NCBI GenBank assembly: GCA_965178125.1
Contig: OZ237747.1
Coordinates: 186,001 to 250,000, forward strand
Source: Bilabrum cf. latius
Taxonomy: Eukaryota
Length of the DNA: 64,000 bases
Direction of reading: 5' to 3'
The notes beneath the pieces were generated by a model. That model was not told the origin of the DNA. It did no database searches and saw nothing but the letters and a program-made list of their open reading frames with translations. The first letter of the stretch is position 1; each line of letters starts with the position of its first letter. Positions 36,582 through 47,600 of the stretch are shown here, in pieces. The translations under genes were made by a program, and so were the position numbers.

Positions 36582-38345
36582 ATGTACGGGAAACTATCTG
36601 ATGTATCCTTGAGATCTATGCGTCGAGGAGCTGCGCTGCGATGGGCAATGCGCAAGAGCTGCGCGCACCATCTTGGTCACTACGCCAGCCGGTCAGCGTC
36701 AGGCTCTGCTGCCGCATCACAGCTCGGGCAAGAGCCTATGGCTCGCAGTATCCACGCAGAAGGTACTCAAACTAATTTAACATGGAAAGCTGGACGTGTT
36801 GCCTCTCCGATTGCGCTCTCAAAGAACCCGATAGGGTCGCGACAGCCAAGAAGCAACTTGAGCACCAGACGCAGCTCTTCTTCTGCCGTATCGTCAAAGT
36901 CCAAGCCTGTGGGAGCGTAGCGTAATGTACTACGAAGCGCGTATAACCGCAGTGAGCCCTACATTGTCCGTTCTAATCCCAGCTGGGAACCAGAAGGTGA
37001 GCCTGCCCACGAGGGCAGCGTGAGGCTCGATTCTGAGGCACGAGGGCGCCGGCGGTCCGGCTCTCGGGCGAGCGACGAGAAACGAAAAGCGATGTTGTCA
37101 CCTATCAGGACGCAGGCGCTGGCATCCGCCTCTCGGCCGCGGCGCAGCTCTCGCATGGAGCACGCCGCCTCGAGGCAGCAGCACGTTCTCGTGGCGGAAG
37201 ACTTCGACACGACATTCGGGGGCCGGCTCAAGGAGGTGCGCGCCAGCTGGGAGCAGTGGGGAGACCCCAGCCTGCCCCCCTCTCGCACCATCGTGGTGTT
37301 CCCGTCGTTCTCCCACGGGCCGCACATGGCGGCCAACCGGGACGACCCCAGCCCGGGGTGGTGGGACTCCATGGTGGGGCCGGGCCGGTACATCGACACC
37401 AATCGATTCCGGGTCATCTGCCCGAGCATACTGGGGTCACCCTACGGGTCCACCTCCCCGACGAGCATGGACCCGGAATCGGGCAAGCAGCTCCGCATGG
37501 ACTTCCCGTCCATCACCCCCGCAGACCAGGCGAGGGCTCACGCCCTGCTGCTGGACCAGCTGGGCCTGGATCGGGTGCACGCAGTGATCGGGGCCTCCCT
37601 CGGAGGCATGCAGGCCATGCAGTACGCATCGTTGTTCCCTGACCGGCTGGACCGGCTTGGCGTCCTCGTGTCCACCCCCAAGACCACCCCCGGGTCCGTG
37701 GCCCTCCGCCGCATCTAGCGGCAGGCCATCGTGTCTGACCCCGCCTGGAAGCGGGGCAACTACGCCGACGAGGCGGACAAGCAGGCAGCCCGAGGGCCGG
37801 TCAGCGGGCTGCGGATCGCAAGGGAACTGGGCATGGTGGCCTACCGCTCTAGGGAGGAGCTTGACGCGAGGTTCGACTGGCGCGCGAGCAGCGACCAGGT
37901 CCGACCCACCGACCTGACCTTCGACGTGGAGAGCTACCTGAACTACCAGGGGGCCAAGTTCGCGAACGGGTCGTTCGACGCGAACGCGTACCTCATCCTG
38001 AGCAAGTGCATGGACCTGATGGATCTGGCGAATCCCTACGTGCAGCCGGGGCGCACACTCGCCGATGCGGCCCGGTCCATCCGAGCCAAGAGCCTGTTCG
38101 TGGGAGTGAAGCAGGACACGCTCACCCCCGCCGCTGAGATGGAGGCACTGGCTGGCATGATGCGGGCGGACGGCAGGCCTCGGGGTGACGCCAGGTTCGT
38201 TGAGCTGGACTCGTGGTACGGCCACGACGCCTTCTTGAAGGAGTTCGACCGGATGGGGCCTCTGCTGCAGGAGCACCTTGAGCAGGGGGTGGAAGAGGCG
38301 CTGAGGAGGGAGGAGGTGCACACCACGGGGCTGAGTCTGCCGTGA
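36582..38345 (+). CDS. MetX/Cys2-family homoserine or serine O-acyltransferase (alpha/beta hydrolase) with a putative mitochondrial presequence
   Basis: Motifs: PGWWDSMVGPGRYIDTNRFRVIC, LGSPYGSTSP, FPSITPADQARA, nucleophile IGASLGGMQA, ALRRI[TAG]RQAIVSDPAWKRGNY, ARELGMVAYRS, VESYLNYQGAKF..FDANAY and YGHDAFL. TAG at 36918 and 37716. Confidence 0.9.
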
Positions 38346-38569
38346 GTAGATCTAGACTCTAGGGGATGGTCGCAGTGCAGTGCACACTGCCATCCTGATG
38401 ACTGCCTGACCTGACCATCCTTGCCTTCGGCCCTAGGAGTGCGGCTTACGTGCTTGCTTTTCAAAGTTATGCTTCTGCGCAATTCATATGGCATGCAGAT
38501 TATCTTCAACCACCCCAGTACGCAAGTCAATCGGGCCACACCCGTGTCGTGCCCTGCGCTGCTGGATGC

Positions 38570-38590
38570 TGCATGCATGCATGCATGCAT
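38570..38590. repeat. (ATGC)n self-complementary intergenic repeat
   Basis: tgcatgcatgcatgcatgcat lies between the MetX-family and UBR genes. A shorter copy is at 8879-8892. Confidence 0.85.
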
Positions 38591-38688
38591 CGCTCGTCAC
38601 ACTGGTTGAGCGCTTGGCGATCGTCCACGCGACCAAGAACATGTACTATTTCGGAGGGTGCTGATCAATTTGGTTCGCAAATCCTGGT

Positions 38689-41600
38689 ATGGATCAAAGA
38701 CAGGATCGTACGTCTACTGTGTAGGCAGCCTTAGATGCAGATTCCAGCGGAAAACTGCGTGCATAGCTCGACACATACGTGAGCGGATCGAGACGGCCAG
38801 AGCGCGTATACGCAGAGGCAGCCCAAAGCTCCGAAGCAGCCAAAAAGGTGTGCGGGTACGTGTTTAAGGACGGCGATTTCGCGTACTACTCGAAAGCGTA
38901 TGCGGCCGATGGAACTTGCATCATTTGCTAGAACTGCTTTGAACCAGAGTTGCACAAGGGCACGGAATACGTGCGGTACCGCACAGCAGCGGGTGGCGTG
39001 TGTGATATTGGTGATGCTGAAGCTATTGATCCTGTGTGCTGGCCTAAGCGATTCCGTGACGCCCTGGAAGGCAAATCCGTCGACCCAACCACGCTGCTGG
39101 ATGCTCCGTTGCGATCTCGAGCCAGCGAGGCGATCAATAAAGCCGTTGAGGGAATTTGCGCGGCCGCTTTGAGTTTACGGTCTTCATATTAGAATGCTGA
39201 TGACCTAGACTCCCTGCTGACCGAGGCACCTGGTCCTAGAGCTGCTGAGGAGCCTGGGGCGGCCAAGGGGTCCAAACCGAGCGCTTCGCCAGGAATGAGG
39301 CTCCGCAGCGGGCGACTGGTCAAGGCAGAGGTCGGTGCCGGTGTTGGCGCCAACTCCAGATCGAGCTCAGCCAGTCACGCCGCTGGTAGCTCCGGTCCGG
39401 CCCCTGCAGTGCCCGAGGGTGCCGCTGAATCGGACCAAAGCGATGTGGAGGAAGAGGAGGAGGAGGCAGAAGACGGCGATGGCTCCGCGGACTAGATGGC
39501 AGAGCACATGATGGCGATGCTGCAGGGGCAGGGAATGGACCCCGAACAGGCCGCTGCCCTGGTGCAGCAGCTGAACGCGGGAGCGGGAGGTGGCGGGCTG
39601 TTCGGGGCAGGGCTGCCTGGGCTCCTGGCGAGTAGTGATGGCGAAGAGGGCGGGGACGAGGAAGATGGAATTGACGTTGAAGACCATAACGACGAGGATG
39701 AAGACGAGGCGGACGACGACGAGGTAGTCGGCGCGGGGGCAACCCCGGGGCAGGGCGGTTTCGCTGGCACGCTCATGTCCTGGCTCGGCCAGGCGATCCC
39801 AGGCGCGGGGGCAGCCGGGGGAACCTCGGGCCGCGCATAGGCTGGCAGCGGTGCAGGCGCAGAGAGACGGAAGAAGAAGAAGATGTAGAAGAGGAAAGCT
39901 CCCATCGAGGAGACTGGGGACGGGTCGCTGCCGCAGTATTCAGTGGTGCTGCACGACGACGACTGGCACACGTACGACCAGGTGCAGGCCGCGTTCCGCA
40001 GGCTAGGCATACAAGATCTGGAGGCAGGCCGCCTGACCATGGCAGTGGACCAGGAAGGAGACGTCGAGGTGGTCAAAGGGGCCGCTGGATCCAAGGCGGT
40101 ACGGAGGGCTGTGAGGGTGCTGTCCACGGAGACTAGGCTCATCACCAGCGTGGAGTCGCAGGAGACTCGCGCGATGGTCCGCAGGGCAGGATGGCTCTGC
40201 GCCTGGGTGCACCAGATGGCACAGAGGGGGGAGGGGCTCCTGGAGCTCGTCGCCAGGGCGCTCGCCGCTCCAGTGAGCCCCGGCGCCATGGATGCCGCCG
40301 GCACCAGCCCCGCAGCTCTGCCTCTCGACTGCAGGGAGGCGTGTTCCAGGAGCGCCTTGGAGCTGCTGCTGGGCCTGGACCCGCTGCTGACGAGGGTCGT
40401 GCGGGACCAGCTGCACAAGGTGTACACGCTGGGGTTCAGGCGGGATTCCTTCCGAGAGGCATTCACGGCGGGGTATGCGCGCGCGTGTCCGAGCCTCTTG
40501 CAGCGGTGGTGCCTGGGCCTGGGCACCAAGAAGAGCACCGTGCTCGACCTCACCGTGCAGGTGCTCACCGCGCCCTCGCTAGTGGTGCGGCATGCCCTGA
40601 AGGCGGGCGGCGTGGGGCCAGGCAGAGTCGAGGCGGTGGGCGGTGCGGGCAGCGGGGCGGGCGCGGACGCAGGTGACGGGCCAGCAGATCAGCAGGCCGA
40701 GGACTCGGGGCTGATCGGGGCCCTGGCCCGAGCTGCAGGGGAGGGTGTGGTGGCTGCGGCCGTGCCCGTGGGTCACGAGCCGATCTATTTGCGCGACGGG
40801 AAGCGCAAGGCGGGTGGCCGAGGGGGGGGCGGCCACATCGAGGGACCCTCGGCGGCGGGAGTTCTCGTCGGCGAGCTGGACCTCATTCGGATGGGCGTGG
40901 GCACCAAGCGAGGCAGCCCAGGCAAGGCCCACCAAAGGGAGCTGGGCCCCAGGCCAGTGCCCCTGACAGAGGGAACCATGGGCGTGAGGCTGCCCCGCTG
41001 CGTGGGGATCGACATGAACCACGTGACCGTGGTGCACCAGCGGTTCATGCAGGTGATCAACCAGCTAGAGTACGTGGCCCGGGTGCCTGGCGCGGCCCTC
41101 CGAGTGCTGGGCACGCCCGCGGTGGCCGAGTCCATGCTGCGTGGGCTCTCCGTCACGCAGGGCATGGACCCGAAGACCAAGGTCAAGGGGGCCGCCATGG
41201 TGTTCCCTCCCGTCTCATGGGCGGTCGCACTGGACACGGCCCTGCGGACGTGCTCCCAGTGGGACCAGATCGTGGGGCTCGCTTGCCACGATGCAGACGA
41301 GTGCCTGCGGAGGGCCGGCGTCGGTCTCGCGAGCCACGGCGAGGGGGCGGGCGAGGAGGCCAAAGAGGGGTAGGCGGCCCAGGTGTTCCCCCCGTCGCCA
41401 TGGCCCCTGGTGCAGAGCGCTATCGCCACGTCGATGGGCGCGCTGAGGGAACGGTGCCTGCTCGCCGGGACGTACGGGGCGCTGCACCCGACGACTAGGG
41501 CGAGGGTGGCTGCCTCGAGGGAAGACAAGACCGCCGCGGGGGGACGCGAAGGGCACGCCGTCACTGGTGCTAGCACCTTCAAGGACATCGCCTGGGCCAC

Positions 41601-44600
41601 TGCCCCGGCCTTTCAGGACGAACTGCGGTCGAAGCCTTCGCCAGACTCGCCTGAAGCTGCGGTCCAGACTCTGGCGCTGGCTGCTTCGGATGACCTTGCG
41701 GCGCTGCGCATCGGATATCGCTCCGTGGGTAGCAGGGTCCCGGCGGTCTTTGCGCCGCGACCTGCTGGCTCAGAGGGCCGCCCAGCCTCCTCGGGCTCCT
41801 CGGGAGCCTGCTCCGTGCAGCTTCTGGCTGCCGCCCCCGTCAGCGAGGATCGGGCCGTCTCGATTCACTACCCGCTGCATCGCGCTGCTGCGGTGACCTT
41901 CTCCAGGATGTCGCAATCGGTGGGCGTCGCCGTGTCTCGGGCCGGAGAAGCCGCTGATGGAGTGTAGAGAGACTTGCTGACGGAGTGGCTGCTGGCTGCT
42001 TCGGGTGAGTCGAGCGGCTCCAGCGTCGCAGTGCCAGCCTTGCGGTGCGCCGCTGCGGGCGGAAGCGGCGGTGGCGCGACGTCTTTGGAGCAATCAGGCA
42101 AGCTTGTAGTTCCGCTGGATGCGGAGCATGCCTTGCAGTCCAGGGCGGGCACAGCCGCGGGGCTGGTGCAAGGCCCCTTAGAGGCGATCGTGTTCGCGTC
42201 GCGCGCCTCGAGGGGGCAGTGGGTGAGGAACGGGTCCCTGGACGGAGAGCTGCTGAACTACTTCACGAGGCCGGTGCGGGAGAGTTTCTTCGCCATGGAC
42301 GTGCGCTGCCTGCAAGTGGGCGCGCTGCTTGCGGGCGGAGACGCGCTGGTCGGCCACGTGCTGAACGCGTTCGGGGTGGCTGCATTCGCGCTCGACGAGC
42401 CTTCGAAGGAAGCCGATGCTGCCAGCAGGGAGAGGCACGACCGGGCACGTGACCGCACCGATGTGCCCCCGGCAGAGTGTGACGAGCTCGCCGAGGCCCT
42501 GCGGATCCTGTGCACAGCAGCGTCTCAGCTCCCCGTGGTGGGGCATCCCAGCGATGCCGCGGTGGCGGTTTCCGAGGAGCAGGCCGCTGCATCCGGTGCA
42601 AGCGCCGCAGCCACCGAAGGGGTCTCGTCTGCGCTGGCGCTGGCGTCTGCCGGCGCAGGCGCGGAAGAGAGCAAGATGGACGACGCGGGGGAGCAAGAGA
42701 GCAAGATGGCTGACGAAGTGCTTGGGGAAGGGGAAGATGCCCAGGGCGGGGAGCACCTCGGTGGCAGGACCAGGGTCCAGGAGCACTACCGCTCGGGGGC
42801 CCCTGATCTGGGAGTTGCTCTGCGCACCATGGGGCTGGCGGCAGATGCCGTGGGGTACGTGCGGGATAGCGACGGGCAGCAGTCGCTGGTGCCCCGTGCC
42901 GCTTCTTTGGAACACGACACAGATAGGTGGTGCGCTGCTACCGGCGCAGCGCCGCCCGCCGCCTCCGGCCCTGCGAGGTGGGACTAGCGGAGAGCCGGCA
43001 TCCTTGCCACCCTGCGGCAGGCCTTTATCCACCTCCTGTCACAGGGCCCCAAGCCCCGATCAGCCGTGGACAAAGTGGCAGCGAGGGTGTTCACGTCCAT
43101 GCGGCGCACCCCGGAGAGGGATGTTAACGTGTGCCTGAATGCAGTGGCCGTCTACCGACCTCCCACAGCCAAAGAGCCGGGGTAGTACTCTTTGCGACCC
43201 GAGTGCTGGCTGCTGTACGACCGCTGTTCCCTCACGCTGCAGCAAAGGTCGGATCGGAACGAGGCCGAGCACGCGTACGAGGAGCAGAGGGAGGCCATAC
43301 GGTCGAAGCTGCAGGTGTGGGGCACGGGCAAGGGAGACGGAGGCTAGAAGCAGAAGGCAAGCAAGCACGTTACAATAAGCCAGCTGCTGCGGTACAGCGT
43401 GCCGCCCGCCGCACCACTGCCCCCCACCACGCCCGGGTTCGCGCCGGTGCGGCAGCTGCTGCACTCGACTCTCTTCGCGCAGACGTGCCGTGGAGTGCTT
43501 GCGGACGCGGTGCAGGGCCTGGAGCACCGAGTTACGGCGGACGGGCTGCGTTGGGCCCTGCACGGTCTATGTCTCGCGGCGATGGCCTGGCCTGAGCAAC
43601 GGCGGCGGGAGGCCTGGGAGGAGGAGAACCAGAGGCAAGAGGAGGCACGCGAGGCGGCCGCGGTGGCAGCACCGGAGGAGAAGGCAAAGGAGGAGAAGAA
43701 GTCCAAGAAAGAGAAGAAAATCAAGAAAGACAAGAAGGAGAAGAAAGACAAGAAGGAGAAGAAGTCCAAGAAGGACAAAAAGAGCCGGAAGAAGGCCTCG
43801 GCAGGTGGCAGATCTCCGTCAGATATGCGGCGATTGCTGCCCGCCCCAGAGCCCGTCCAGCTATTTTACGGGCAAATCGACTCGAACGCGTCGATGGCCT
43901 AGTTAGATGCCTTCATTGCAGCCGTCTGCACCCGTCCGCAGGAAAGTGAGGGGACAAGCGACAGCGCCCGGCTCGACGCATCCATTCTGTCGCTGCTGGT
44001 CGACCTGGTCAAGGGAGAGGTCGTGCTGCCCGGCGGTGCCGGTGATGCAAAGGATGATGCAAAGGATGCTGGTGGTGGCAAGGGTGCTTCTGACGCGACT
44101 GCAATTGCCCTGGCAACGACTGAGACACGCGAGAGTGCTGGGTGGCTCCTTCGCGCCCTCCCGGCGCTGCACCCCCGCCTCAAACAGGCGGTAGATGCCG
44201 CGCTGCGGAAGGGGGGCGCCATGGATGCAGAGGCCGCCGAGCAGAGACGGCTGCAGGAGCGGCAGGCGGCAGATGCCCGCCGGCGCGCGGCACAGGAGAG
44301 GGCCATGCGGCAGTTCGCTGCCAGGCAGAGCGCCTTCCTTGGCCGCATGTCGACGACGGGCGCGGCCAGCGGGGCAGGGTCTTCCAGCAGCGATGCGGCG
44401 GTTGGTCTTGAGGGCCTCCCCAAGCTGGGGTCATCTGCCCGGCGGGCCAGCACCGATGCAGACCAAGCCGGGTACGAGGGCGGGATGGGCGTGGGCGGGC
44501 AACAGCCGCATGTTGCGAGGGGTGGCGTGTGGGCGGCTGCCGTTGCCCAAGGCGCTGCTCTGGTCCAACGCAGGGCCCAGGTGGAGCTGAACCACGCAGA

Positions 44601-47600
44601 GGAGCGACTGGAGCAGATCGATGGCTCCCTGGAGGCAGCTGGTATCCCCGTCAGTGGCGCTCTCCTCGCTGGTCTGCAGGGTCTCGGGCCCGGGTGCCTG
44701 CTTCACGAGCGCGGCCTGTGGCAAGCCGCCGCGGATGACTGCCACCGGCGCATCGAGCAGGCCAAGGAGGCCCAGCGCGGCTGCGCTGCCCTGCTGCCCC
44801 TGGACATGTCTGAGGGCATGGAGGACCAAGAGGACCAGGAGGCGCACCTGCTCAAGTGTGTGCTGACGCACGAGCGCAGGCCAGCCGACACTCTCTTCGT
44901 GCCCATGCTGCTCGCCTCTGCCTCTCACATGGCCCTCGTGGACGCATCGAGAGGGGCCTACCTGCCCTGCACCGCTCGAGAACTAGAGGGCGATGGCGGG
45001 CGCGGTCCCGGAGGCGCGCGATCGGCTGCCCTTGCAGCTCGCTGCTCGGATCCCCTGCTGGCCATGCTGCTCTGGAGCAAGGAAAGCAGCGAGATAGACG
45101 GTGAAATCGCGACTGGGTACAGAGCTGGCCGCCCGGGTGCTATGGGCTGGCTGCCACGGTGGGCAGATGCGCGGCTCCGTCAGGCCATTGTGCGCGAGAC
45201 TATTGCGCTGAGGGCTGTATCGGAGGACGCTGCCGACCGCGAGGACGCTGCTGCCTCTCCAGATACATTATGCCTTGCCACCCATGGGCCCGTTGTGCTG
45301 GACGCACTGGACTACGAGGCAGCGGTGAGCGCGTGCCAGGCCGCCGGTCTGCAGCCCGTGAGTTTCCTTGTGCTGACTGGGCTCGCTGTGGTCGCGCGGC
45401 AGGCCCGCACTGATGCCGAGGCAGGAAGCAAGGTGGGCGATGAGGCGTCAAGCGGGGAGGGGGCAGGCGCGATCCGTGAATCCAGCTCGCCAAGGGTAGC
45501 CGCTGGGGCTCGCGTCCGGGCCGCGGTGCTCGGAGCGGCACAGGACCTCGTGTCGGACGGCCAGGCGGCTCGGGGGGAGCTTCCCAAGCTCTGCGACATG
45601 CTGCTCGGAGACATCGGCAGTGGCTCTGCTCCAATGGAGAGCGCAGGCCCCGTTACCGGGGGTGCGAGCAGAAGTCGGACTGTTGCGCCGCCCCCGCTGC
45701 CGGGAACATCCGCAACAGCCCCTGTCTCAGCCGGAGACGCAGGCACCACCGCCTCATCGTATACCGGCCCGAAGCTGCAGCAGTCCACTCAGTCTTTAGG
45801 ACCTGGCTCATCCGCTGCCTCTAGAACCATGTAGCGGCTGCATGCGCACACTCAGAGACAGCCGTCCACGGCGCAGCCCTTTGCAGCAACTCGCGCGCAG
45901 CTCGAAACGCCAGGTGCCAAGGCAGGCAAGTCGGATGGTCTGCAGAGCACTTCAGAGCATGCCACAACCTCACAGTGGGGCATGCTGGCCCTGTGCGAGC
46001 AGCACCCCGTCTACTACCAGGAGCTCAAGAACTACCGGCAGCAGCTGCGGAAGGATAGCCGCGTGCGCAGAGAGAACCGGTCGCTGTTCGTGAGCGAGGG
46101 CGAGTTCGCCGCCCCTTTGTCCAAGGCGGTCTGCAACACTGCTATTCCCGAGGCGGGAGACGCCGTGCTCTTCGGATAGCCGTGGGCCATGGGGGCGGAA
46201 GCAGCGGCCAATGCAGCCCTGGCTCGATTGTCGGACCCCAGTCGCCCGGCAGCCACGGGATCAGTTGCTGCAGGCGCGGCTGCCTCGGGGGCTGACTCTG
46301 CAGGCTCCGTGGGCTCAGCAGCACCGAGCCGCGCGGAAGTAGGGACGGCAAAGCTTGGTGACACACCAGCTGCTGCCATCAGTGGGTCGGTGCATGCACT
46401 AGTCGCGGACGCTACACTGCGGGAGGACGCTGCTCGGTCGGGTACAGGGTGCGGCCACGACGAGAAGGCCTCGGGGTTCCCCGGCCGGGTGGACTCTCTG
46501 TGTCCGTCGGGGTTCCTCGGGGTCGCGCAGCCCTTTGTCCTGCCGGCCTCGGAGATCCTGGATCAAGCTACGTCCCGCGGGCTGCTTGCTGCCAGGGAGG
46601 ACGGCTCGTTGGGTGGCTTTCCGGGTGCGGCATCCAGAACGGTGGCAGGGCATGCCCTGCGGTCCGACGAGGTGTCCAGAGGCCTCGTGCGCATGCAAAG
46701 GGACTCCTCGAGACTGCAGGCGGCCGGGGATTACGCGCTTAGACTGCTTACAGAGGTGCTAGAGCGCCGCAAACAGCAGTTCTCAGATTCGCTCCAGACG
46801 TAGCTGGTGCAGGCTTTGGGGCCTGCGTTGCCCCAGAGTCTGCGAGACCAAGCAGGCCAGCTGGTGTGCAGCCCAACTCGTGGGCTGGTCGAGCTCGCCG
46901 GTACCCTGGGCGTGGAAGTGAGCAGGTCCGCAGAGGATGGCGGGATGACTGTCAGCGAGAGGGTGGGTGTCGCCGCTGGACTCGTGCGTCAGGTGATTGC
47001 GCGCGGGGGCGGGAGCTCGCTGCTGCATCGCATGCTACACATCGCTGCCATGACCGCGAGAACGGCGGGGAATGCTGCCGCGCACCACGAGGCTATCGTG
47101 TTTGATTTCGCCGGTGAGGACCTGGCAAGCTTCGAGAATAGCCGGGAGACTGCAGCCGGAGCTAGCGGGGGCGAACCTCCGTCCATGGCGCGCGGGGAAT
47201 CGTCCCAGCTGCTGGACGACCTTCTAGACGAAATGGAGGACGTGCGTGACGAGGAGGAGGGAGCCGGCGCGGCTGCCTCTGCTCTTGGCGCTTCCGCTGC
47301 CGCTGCGCCTGCCGTTGCTTCCGATGACCCAGCCCCAAGGCTGCAGCAGATGGGTGAAGTACTCGCTGTCGCAGCCCATGCCACCAAGGACCTGGGCATG
47401 GACACCCCCGAAGCCGCATTGGCTGCGGCTGAGGCCATGCCGCAGGGGACGACCATGCCGGGAACTCGAGAGGATTGGGTCAAGCCTGGCGGCGCGTTGC
47501 ACCCCCTTGTGCTGGCAGCGGGTGATCCGGCGCACAGCGGTATCAAGCAGGATCTCACAACGGCTGTGCAGGGCCTGGGCGTTGCATTGAGCACATCAAG

